64,000 nt of DNA, taken from contig WJJJ01000025.1 in the NCBI GenBank assembly GCA_014729775.1, positions 53,790-117,789 of the forward strand, read 5' to 3'. A program made the position numbers and the translations under genes. This DNA is from Candidatus Omnitrophota bacterium. Lineage in GTDB: Bacteria; Omnitrophota; Gorgyraeia; Duberdicusellales; 4484-171. Below, one piece after another: positions 56,727-64,000 of this stretch (positions are counted from its first letter, which is position 1; each line of letters starts with the position of its first letter). Below the pieces are notes generated by a model. The model saw nothing but the letters and a program-made list of their open reading frames with translations, was not told the DNA's origin and ran no database searches.

Positions 56727-57528
56727 CCGGTTTTTTGAAAAATTTTTATTCATCGCCGGCCCGTGCGTCATTGAGGATGAGGCGCAGGTGATGGAAACCG
56801 CCGAATTCCTGCAAAGGCTGTGCGCCCGCTATCCGGTGAACCTCGTGTTTAAGGCCAGTTTTGACAAGGCCAACCGGACCGCCCTGAATTCGTATCGGGG
56901 GCCGGGACTGAACGAGGGTATGCGAATCCTCAGCCAGGTGAAGGCCCGTTACGGGCTCGCGGTGCTCACCGACGTCCACTGCGTGACGCAGGTAGAAACT
57001 GTCGCCCGGACGGCGGATGTCCTGCAGATTCCCGCGTTCCTTTCCCGGCAGACGGACCTGCTCTGCGCGGCCGGCCGCACCGGGAAGCCGGTCAACGTCA
57101 AAAAGGGGCAGTTTCTCGCTCCGGCACACATGAAATATGTGGTGGAAAAAATTGAGTCGACCGGCAACGGAAATATTCTGCTTACCGAACGCGGCACCTG
57201 CTTTGGATACCAGAATCTGGTCGTGGATTTCCGATCGTTGTTTATTATGAAAAAATTAGGGTATCCGGTTATTTTCGACGCGACCCATTCGCTCCAGCGT
57301 CCTTCTGCCGCCGGAGGCATTTCCGGGGGGGACCGCGAATTTGCCGCAGGCTTGTGCCGCGCCGCGGCCGCCTGCGGGGTGGACGGTCTGTTCATGGAAG
57401 TGCACCACGCTCCCGAAAAAGCGCTTTCCGATTCCAGAACCTCTCTTTCCTTTGAGGGGGTTGAAGACGTGCTGAAAAGCGTGCTCGCGGTACGCGCCGC
57501 GGTATTGAACGAAAAGGGTTCCGAATGA
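56716..57528 (+). CDS. kdsA: Kdo-8-phosphate synthase
   Basis: AGPCVIE, FKASFDKANRT, QIPAFLSRQT, KKGQF, FDATHS. Confidence 0.97.
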   Translation: MNTDRFFEKFLFIAGPCVIEDEAQVMETAEFLQRLCARYPVNLVFKASFDKANRTALNSYRGPGLNEGMRILSQVKARYGLAVLTDVHCVTQVETVARTADVLQIPAFLSRQTDLLCAAGRTGKPVNVKKGQFLAPAHMKYVVEKIESTGNGNILLTERGTCFGYQNLVVDFRSLFIMKKLGYPVIFDATHSLQRPSAAGGISGGDREFAAGLCRAAAACGVDGLFMEVHHAPEKALSDSRTSLSFEGVEDVLKSVLAVRAAVLNEKGSE

Positions 57529-58505
57529 AAGAGCCGCGCGAGAATGAAATCCTCCAATGGGCCCGGGAAGTGATTCAAATCGAAGCCGAAGGTATTTCCC
57601 GTCTGACCCAGAGTTTAAACGATGAGTTCCTGCGGGGAATCCGGCTTCTTCAGAACTGTCAAGGCCGGATCGTAGTAACCGGCATGGGAAAAGCGGGGAT
57701 CATCGGACAGAAATTTTCCGCCACCCTTTCTTCCACGGGGAGCTCAAGTTTTTGGCTTCACGCCGCCGAAGCTGTTCACGGTGATCTGGGACGAATCAAG
57801 GAGGACGACATCGTGGTCGCGCTTTCTTACAGCGGAGAAACCGATGAGATCAAAAATCTTATCCCGTTCGTGAAAAAGATCGGAGCGAAAATCATCGCGG
57901 TTACCGGCAAGGAGAAATCCAGTCTGGCCAAATATTCTGACAGCGTGATCAGTGTCAAGGTCGCCAAGGAGGCCTGTCCGCTGAATTTGGCTCCTACGAC
58001 ATCCACCACCGCGATGCTGGCCATATGCGACGTGATTTCAGTCATTCTGCAGAAACTCGCCGGGTTTCAGGAAAAAGATTTCGCCCTTTTCCATCCCCGA
58101 GGGTCGCTGGGACGCCGGCTGTTGCTGAAGGTAAAGGATATTATGCGTACCGGTAAATATAACCCTGTAGTCGCCGAAGATACTCCGGTGAAGGACGTAC
58201 TGGTTCAAATTACCTCATCTCACTCGGGGGCGGCGACCGTGACGGGAGAGGACGGTACGATTGCCGGCATTTTTACCGACGGTGATCTCCGCCGGAATTT
58301 AGAGCTTCATCCCGATTTACTGCGTCGGCCGGTAAAAGAAGTGATGACCGTGGGACCGACAGTGGTCCGCCAGACGGATCTCGCCTCGGAATGTTTAAAA
58401 ATTCTTGAACAGAAAAAAATTGACGAGGTTCCCGTCGTTGACCGGGAAAACCGGCCGGTAGGCATGATCGACGTGCAGGATCTGATTGCCGCGGGGGTGA
58501 TCTAA
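57525..58505 (+). CDS. kdsD: Arabinose-5-phosphate isomerase (KpsF/GutQ)
   Basis: TGMGK.G, EAVHGDLG, EACPLNLAPTTST, FHPRG.LG, CBS pair. Confidence 0.96.
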   Translation: MKEPRENEILQWAREVIQIEAEGISRLTQSLNDEFLRGIRLLQNCQGRIVVTGMGKAGIIGQKFSATLSSTGSSSFWLHAAEAVHGDLGRIKEDDIVVALSYSGETDEIKNLIPFVKKIGAKIIAVTGKEKSSLAKYSDSVISVKVAKEACPLNLAPTTSTTAMLAICDVISVILQKLAGFQEKDFALFHPRGSLGRRLLLKVKDIMRTGKYNPVVAEDTPVKDVLVQITSSHSGAATVTGEDGTIAGIFTDGDLRRNLELHPDLLRRPVKEVMTVGPTVVRQTDLASECLKILEQKKIDEVPVVDRENRPVGMIDVQDLIAAGVI

Positions 58506-58508
58506 GCA

Positions 58509-59051
58509 ATGAATAAAACGCATCATTCCGCCGATACTCTGTTTGCCCGGATTCGTCTCCTGGTTCTTGACGTTGACGGCGTCCTGACCCGGGGAGAGAT
58601 TATTTATGATGACCGGGGGGGGGAATGGAAGATTTTCAACGTAAAGGACGGTTTGGGTATCGCCCTGCTTTCCAAGCTGGGGATCCCTACCATTTTTCTT
58701 TCCGCGCGGAATTCTCCGGTACTGCAAAAACGGGCCCAGGATATGAAAGTAGTGGAGGTCATCGGCGGGATTCTTCCCAAGGAAAGTCTGCTGGAGTCAA
58801 TCGAAGAGAAATACCGCGTTCCCCGCGATCAGATCTGTTTTATCGGTGATGATCTCATTGATTTGAGAATGATTGAACGGGTCGGTGCCGGAGTGGCGGT
58901 TGCCGATTCTCCCGAAATGGTGAAGTCGGCCGCCCGGTACGTAACCGCACGCAAAGGAGGTGACGGCGCGGTCCGGGAAATCGTCGATTTGATCGTGCGG
59001 GCTCAGGGACTGGAAGAAAAACTTTTGGAATGGCTGAGAAATCCCAAATAA
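58509..59051 (+). CDS. kdsC: Kdo-8-phosphate phosphatase
   Basis: LDVDGVLT, FNVKDGLG, IGDD..D, GG.GAVRE. Confidence 0.95.
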   Translation: MNKTHHSADTLFARIRLLVLDVDGVLTRGEIIYDDRGGEWKIFNVKDGLGIALLSKLGIPTIFLSARNSPVLQKRAQDMKVVEVIGGILPKESLLESIEEKYRVPRDQICFIGDDLIDLRMIERVGAGVAVADSPEMVKSAARYVTARKGGDGAVREIVDLIVRAQGLEEKLLEWLRNPK

Positions 59052-59067
59052 AGATTCGATTAAAGAA

Positions 59068-59096
59068 TTGCCAAACACGAAACGATTTGATATAGT
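59068..59096 (+). promoter_or_regulatory. Sigma70 promoter for lptC/A-lptB
   Basis: TTGCCA-17 nt-TATAGT with TGn extension; very close to ATG 59100, so the true start may be downstream. Confidence 0.5.
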
Positions 59097-59099
59097 GTT

Positions 59100-59894
59100 A
59101 TGCTTTTGAAACGTGTGACCGCGATACTTCTCATGTGCCTGGCGGCTCCCGGGATTTCGGAAGGACTTTCCCAGCAGAGAATCGAACAGTTTTACCTTTC
59201 GAATCTGAAGGAGGATGGTACGCGCGATTGGGAAATTACCGGGAACGAAGCCATGGTGTACGAAAAACACGTGGATATCGACCGGATGAACGCGAAATTC
59301 TTCGGAGACGGGGATACGGTCTCTGTGAAATCCAACAAAGCCAAGTTGATCAAAGAAAGCGCGAACGTGTTCCTCCGCGAAGACGTGGAGATCGAGAATC
59401 AACAGGGAATGAAAATGAACACGGAATCTCTCGACTGGATAAGGTCCGATAATAAGATTGAAACCGATGAATGGGTGCAGGTCCAGCGCGATGACATGCA
59501 GGTCCGGGGAAAGGGGCTTCGGGCCGATACCGCGCTGAAAAACATCGATTTCAACAAAGATATTGAACTCCAGATTCCCCAGGGCCAAAAATACATTTCG
59601 ATCCGGTGTGAAGGACCGCTTGAAATCCAGTACCACCAAGGCACCGCGCTTTTCCGGAAAAACGTCGTCGTGACCGACCGCAAGAGCAAGCTTTTTTCCG
59701 ACAGGGCCAAAGTACATTTCGATCCGGAAAGCAAAGAAATCCGAAGAATTGTGGCCGAGGGACACGTGAAAATCATTCGCGACGAGAACGTGACTTTCGC
59801 GGAGAAAGCCACGTATATGGGGAAAGAAGGCCGGGTCATTCTGGAAGGAACCCCGCGGCTTATCTACTTTCCGAATTCTGAAGAGACGGAATGA
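59100..59894 (+). CDS. lptC: LPS export protein, LptC domain followed by LptA/OstA-like domain
   Basis: W.ITG..A, TESL.W, I.TD..V, G.GL (LptC-like); then ALF..NVVV, IVAEGHVKI, AEKATY, VILEG.P (LptA-like); between kdsC and lptB. Confidence 0.8.
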   Translation: MLLKRVTAILLMCLAAPGISEGLSQQRIEQFYLSNLKEDGTRDWEITGNEAMVYEKHVDIDRMNAKFFGDGDTVSVKSNKAKLIKESANVFLREDVEIENQQGMKMNTESLDWIRSDNKIETDEWVQVQRDDMQVRGKGLRADTALKNIDFNKDIELQIPQGQKYISIRCEGPLEIQYHQGTALFRKNVVVTDRKSKLFSDRAKVHFDPESKEIRRIVAEGHVKIIRDENVTFAEKATYMGKEGRVILEGTPRLIYFPNSEETE

Positions 59895-60613
59895 AACTGT
59901 TAGAGGTCAACAATCTCACCAAATCTTACGGGGGACGGCAGGTCGTCAAAGGAGTTTCGTTAAATGTGCAAAGAGGCGAGATCGTGGGCCTGCTGGGCCC
60001 CAACGGCGCCGGAAAAACCACGACGTTTTACATGATCGTGGGCGTGATCGCGCCTGATTCCGGGGAAATCCGGTTCGATAATTTGGACATCACCAAGCTG
60101 CCCGTTCACGTCCGTGCCAAATACGGAATCGGCTATCTTTCACAGGAGCCCTCGGTCTTCCGCAAATTAACGGTAGAGGAGAATATCCTTGCTATACTGG
60201 AAACACTTCCTCTTTCGCGAAGAGAACGGCACGCGAGACTGGAACATCTGCTCAACGAATTGAATATCGCGCATTTGCGGAAAAATAAAGCGTACACGCT
60301 GAGCGGCGGCGAAACCCGACGCTTGGAAATTACCCGCGCCTTGGTCACCAACCCTTCGTTCTTACTTTTGGATGAGCCTTTTTCCGGTATCGATCCGATT
60401 GTCGTCGGTGAAGCAAAGCAGATCATTATGGAATTAAAGCGCAAGGGAATGGGGATTCTTTTAACCGATCATAATGTGAGAGAGGCACTCTCGATCACTG
60501 ACCGCGCGTTTCTTATTGCCGAGGGGAAAATACTTATCCATGGAACGTCGCATGATCTGATCGGTGATACCAAAGCACGTGAAGTATATCTGGGAAAAGA
60601 TTTTCGAATGTAA
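59891..60613 (+). CDS. lptB: LPS export ABC ATPase
   Basis: GPNGAGKTTTFY, LSGGE.RR.EI, LDEPF.GIDP, TDHNVRE. Confidence 0.97.
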   Translation: MKLLEVNNLTKSYGGRQVVKGVSLNVQRGEIVGLLGPNGAGKTTTFYMIVGVIAPDSGEIRFDNLDITKLPVHVRAKYGIGYLSQEPSVFRKLTVEENILAILETLPLSRRERHARLEHLLNELNIAHLRKNKAYTLSGGETRRLEITRALVTNPSFLLLDEPFSGIDPIVVGEAKQIIMELKRKGMGILLTDHNVREALSITDRAFLIAEGKILIHGTSHDLIGDTKAREVYLGKDFRM

Positions 60614-60637
60614 CGTAAATAGGAGAGGGGACTGAGA

Positions 60638-61519
60638 ATGAAAGTAGAAGTGAAAAAACTTGATCAGCTGAAACGGGAGCTCCAGGTAGAGGTGAGCGGA
60701 GACGAATATCAGACGTATAAGAAAAACACCTATCTGGAATCGGGGAAAAAATTAAAAGTTCCGGGATTCCGTCCGGGCAACGTGCCCTACGAAATGCTCG
60801 TGAAACACCACGACAAAGCACTCAGCCAGGAATTCATGAAACAGGCTCTTCCCCTGTATTACCAAAAAGCGCTTCAGGAGCAGAATATCTCGCCGGCCGG
60901 GTATCCGCAAATCCACGATGTGGATATGAACGATCGCGCCTTTTCTTTCCGGGCCGAAGTGGAAATTCAACCCGAGATATCGGTAAGCGAAAATGAGTAT
61001 CGCGGGATCAAGATCAAAGAAAAAGTCGAGCCGGTGGAACCGGTGGAGATAGAGAAAGTGATTTCAAACATTAAGGAAGGAATAAAGAAGGTGGCGAAAA
61101 AGGAACTTTCGGACGAAGAGATCGCGCATTGGGTCGGATATCCCGATAGGGATACGTTGCGTGAAGCGATCAAAGGAGAAATTTTCATCGAGAAACTTCG
61201 CTCCCGCCGGCAAAAAATCGATTCCCGGATCAGCCAGCATCTTTTAAAGCAGGTGAACGTGCAGGCGCCGCGTACCGAAGTGGAAAACATGCATAAGGAA
61301 TTCGTCCGGCGCGAAATGCAGAATCTGCAGGCACGGGGAGTTCCTCAGCAGGACATCGAAAAATACAAAAAGGAAATCGAGGAGAAGACCAAAACGCTGG
61401 CGGAAGATCAGGTGAAACTGTCGTATATCATCAGGGCCATCGCGCAGAAAGAGCACATAGAAGGGAAAGGACTCGGCGAGGCGGTTCTGGGAACGATTCT
61501 GTATTACGCCAAGTACTAA
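60638..61519 (+). CDS. tig: Trigger factor lacking the PPIase domain
   Basis: Ribosome-binding VPGFRPG; helical C-domain; only 293 aa; upstream of clpP. Confidence 0.88.
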   Translation: MKVEVKKLDQLKRELQVEVSGDEYQTYKKNTYLESGKKLKVPGFRPGNVPYEMLVKHHDKALSQEFMKQALPLYYQKALQEQNISPAGYPQIHDVDMNDRAFSFRAEVEIQPEISVSENEYRGIKIKEKVEPVEPVEIEKVISNIKEGIKKVAKKELSDEEIAHWVGYPDRDTLREAIKGEIFIEKLRSRRQKIDSRISQHLLKQVNVQAPRTEVENMHKEFVRREMQNLQARGVPQQDIEKYKKEIEEKTKTLAEDQVKLSYIIRAIAQKEHIEGKGLGEAVLGTILYYAKY

Positions 61520-61549
61520 TTCATTCAGTACCAGTACAAAGGAGGAAGA

Positions 61550-62146
61550 ATGAAAAATCAGATGTACGTGCCGATGGTGATAGAGCAGACGGGAAGAGTG
61601 GAACGCGCTTACGACATATATTCCCGCCTGCTGAAAGACAGAATTGTATTCATCGGAACTCCTGTGGACGATAATATCGCGAACGTAGTCGTCGCCCAGA
61701 TGCTTTTCCTTCAGATGGAAGACGCGCACAAAGATATTAACTTGTACATCAATACTCCCGGGGGCGCGATTACCGCCGGAATGGCGATTTACGATACGAT
61801 GCAGTTCGTGAAATGCGACGTGGCCACCTATTGCGTGGGACAAGCGGCTTCGCTGGGAGCACTCTTGTTATGCTCGGGAACAAAAGGGAAGCGATACGCG
61901 CTTCCCAATTCCCGGATAATGATTCATCAGCCGCTCGGGGGAGCTCAGGGAAGCGCCGAGGATATTTCCCGGCAGGCGAACGAAATCCTCCGGATGCGCG
62001 AGGCCGTGAACAACATTTTGACAGCCCATACCGGCCAGTCACTGGAGAAAGTTGAAAAAGATACCGACAGAGATTTCTTTATGACCGCCGATGATGCGAA
62101 AAAATACGGATTGGTCGATGAAGTGATTGTTCCTTCGAAAAAGTAG
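61550..62146 (+). CDS. clpP: ATP-dependent Clp protease proteolytic subunit
   Basis: [34 protein letters not shown]. Confidence 0.98.
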   Translation: MKNQMYVPMVIEQTGRVERAYDIYSRLLKDRIVFIGTPVDDNIANVVVAQMLFLQMEDAHKDINLYINTPGGAITAGMAIYDTMQFVKCDVATYCVGQAASLGALLLCSGTKGKRYALPNSRIMIHQPLGGAQGSAEDISRQANEILRMREAVNNILTAHTGQSLEKVEKDTDRDFFMTADDAKKYGLVDEVIVPSKK

Positions 62147-62174
62147 CCCCTGCACAGAAGGGAAAGGAGAACGA

Positions 62175-63311
62175 ATGAAACGGAAATATTTAATGACTCC
62201 GGGACCGTCTCCGGTGCCGGCATTCGTACGCGAGTCATTGTCGCGTGAAATTATGCATCATCGTACCGATGAATTTCGCGAAATCCTTCAACACGCTCAT
62301 GAAGGACTTAAATACGTTTTCTGCACTAAAAATCCGGTGTTGATTTTTTCTTCTTCGGGCACGGGAGCTATGGAAGCAACGGTGTCCAGCCTTTTTTCTC
62401 CCGGAGATAAAGTGATCTCTATCGCCGGCGGGAAATTCGGACAGCGCTGGACGGAGCTCGCCAAAGCCTATCAGCTTGACGTAGTGGAAATGACGATAGA
62501 CTGGGGCAATGCTCCCGATCCGGAACGGCTGAAATCTCTGCTCGAACAGCATGCTGCGGTGAAAGGAGTGCTGACGACTCTGTGCGAAACGTCAACCGGT
62601 ACCGTGTACGACGTAGAAGCGTTGGCGAAAACCGCCCGTAAAGCAGGCGCGCTCATCGTGGTTGACGCGGTCAGCGGACTTGGACAGGATAAACTTCCCA
62701 CTGATGAATGGGGGGTAGACGCGGTCGTATCCGGATCGCAAAAGGGACTGATGCTGCCGCCGGGTCTGGCATTCGTGAGCGTGAACGCGAACGCGCAAAC
62801 CGCGATGAAAAACGCGCAGTGTTCCAGATACTATTTAAACCTGCAAAAGGCCCTGGCGAGCTACGCGAAATCCGACACCCCGTTTACTCCGGCGGTCTCC
62901 CTGGTAGTCGGGCTGAAAGAAGCACTCAGGACAATGCAGGAGGAACGAATGGAAAGCCGGTGGGTACGGTTCGAAACAATGGCAGCCGCGACCCGGAAAG
63001 CGGCGCAGGCGCTCGGCCTGAAACTGTTTTCCTCCCGCCCGTCGGCGTCACTGACGGCGATACGCGCGCCTGAGGGGATCAAATCCACCGATATCGTGCG
63101 CACACTTCGGAAAAATTACGGTATAAGCATCGCCGCGGGTCAGGGCGACGTAAAGGAAAAAATTTTCCGTATCGCCCATATGGGGTGGATCAACGAGCAG
63201 GATTTGATGATGACATTTTCTCTGCTGGAGAAAGTACTTCGTTCACTCGGTCATACGTTTGAGAACGGGGTATCGCTGGCGTGTCTGCAGGAGGTTTTAT
63301 ATGGCAAGTAG
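62175..63311 (+). CDS. Class V PLP aminotransferase (alanine-glyoxylate/serine-pyruvate family)
   Basis: LMTPGP, SSGTGAME, GKFG.RW, ETSTG, VDAVS, GSQKGLMLPPGL, FRIAHMG. Confidence 0.93.
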   Translation: MKRKYLMTPGPSPVPAFVRESLSREIMHHRTDEFREILQHAHEGLKYVFCTKNPVLIFSSSGTGAMEATVSSLFSPGDKVISIAGGKFGQRWTELAKAYQLDVVEMTIDWGNAPDPERLKSLLEQHAAVKGVLTTLCETSTGTVYDVEALAKTARKAGALIVVDAVSGLGQDKLPTDEWGVDAVVSGSQKGLMLPPGLAFVSVNANAQTAMKNAQCSRYYLNLQKALASYAKSDTPFTPAVSLVVGLKEALRTMQEERMESRWVRFETMAAATRKAAQALGLKLFSSRPSASLTAIRAPEGIKSTDIVRTLRKNYGISIAAGQGDVKEKIFRIAHMGWINEQDLMMTFSLLEKVLRSLGHTFENGVSLACLQEVLYGK

Positions 63312-64000
63312 AGTTCTTGTTTCGGATAAACTGGCGTCTGAAGGTCTCCGTATCCTGCAGGATTCCGGTTTTGAAGTCGACACAAAATACGACCTGAGCC
63401 CCGAACAGCTGCGGGAAGAAATCCGGCACTACCAGGCGTTGGTAATCCGCAGCGGCACCAAGGTCACGGCCGAAGTTATTTCCCGGGCCGACTCCCTCAA
63501 GGTGATCGGACGCGCCGGTGTCGGCGTAGACAACGTTGATATTGAAGCCGCGAGCAAAAAGGGCATTATTGTGATGAACGCGCCCGGCGGCAATACGATT
63601 TCGACCTGTGAGCACGCCTGCGCACTCATGCTTGCGGTCGCCCGGAATATCCCTCCGGCGGCGGCGTCTATGAAATCCGGGAAGTGGGACCGTTCAAAAT
63701 TTAAAGGAAAAGAACTGAACGCAAAAATTCTGGGAATTATTGGTTTCGGACGCATCGGAAAAGAAGTCGCAAAACGCGCGCTCGCGTTCGGAATGAAAGT
63801 GCTCGTGCATGATCCGTTCGTCTCTCAAGAGGTCGCGGCTCGGATCGGGGTGGAATTAGCGCAGGTAGATGACATACTTTGCGCCGCTGATTTTATCACT
63901 ATGCATACTCCGCTGACCGAAAAAACAAAAGGGATGATCGGGGCCGCGGAAATTTCAAAGATGAAATCGTCGGCGTATCTCATTAACTGCGCCCGCGGCG
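63301..64000 (+). CDS. serA: D-3-phosphoglycerate dehydrogenase; 3'-partial
   Basis: Hand translation from ATG 63301: MASRVLVSDKL..IRSGTKVT..GRAGVGVDNVD..NAPGGN..LGIIGFGRIG..HTPLT..INCARG; runs off the window so absent from the ORF track. Confidence 0.95.
   Translation, partial: MASRVLVSDKLASEGLRILQDSGFEVDTKYDLSPEQLREEIRHYQALVIRSGTKVTAEVISRADSLKVIGRAGVGVDNVDIEAASKKGIIVMNAPGGNTISTCEHACALMLAVARNIPPAAASMKSGKWDRSKFKGKELNAKILGIIGFGRIGKEVAKRALAFGMKVLVHDPFVSQEVAARIGVELAQVDDILCAADFITMHTPLTEKTKGMIGAAEISKMKSSAYLINCARG

Noticed and set aside
1-64000. CRISPR arrays, IS elements, prophage, rRNA, inteins, defence systems
   Set aside because: No spaced direct repeats, transposase/integrase/phage motifs, rRNA-like tracts or intein insertions seen by eye.

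Overview
Core-genome window from a diderm (LPS-making) bacterium. Gene content (dcw genes, LpxC-FabZ fusion, LpxI, zinc-ribbon SpoVG, 7TM-GAF kinases, HD-GYP proteins) suggests the PVC group, plausibly Candidatus Omnitrophota; this is inference. Nearly all genes are on +. Order: (1) 1-7.4 kb signalling cluster with two membrane/GAF histidine kinases, a receiver, a PlsC-type acyltransferase, a HAD phosphatase and a PilZ-methyltransferase fusion resembling Ralstonia PhcB; (2) partial dcw cluster mraY-murD-ftsW-murG-[peptidase]-murC-murB-ddl-ftsQ-degenerate ftsA with no ftsZ following; (3) helical-repeat protein, two HD-GYP proteins, receiver, glycolipid genes; (4) hisG, an unannotated 29-aa bS22-like ORF, TPR protein, split transketolase, ispE, spoVG, tRNA-Gln, half GlmU, prs, rplY, pth, rpsF-ssb-rpsR-rplI-dnaB; (5) bamA-skp-lpxD-lpxC/fabZ-lpxA-lpxI-SpoIID; (6) mixed-strand patch with radical SAM enzymes; (7) heptose/Kdo/Lpt genes, tig, clpP, aminotransferase, serA (partial). 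No CRISPR array, rRNA or mobile element seen. Best candidates for an undescribed system: a c-di-GMP-gated, PhcB-like lipid-signal module, and a pseudo-ATPase FtsA followed by a helical-repeat/HD-GYP pair with a shared N-terminal domain in place of ftsZ. All family calls are by-eye motif recognition; no searches were run.
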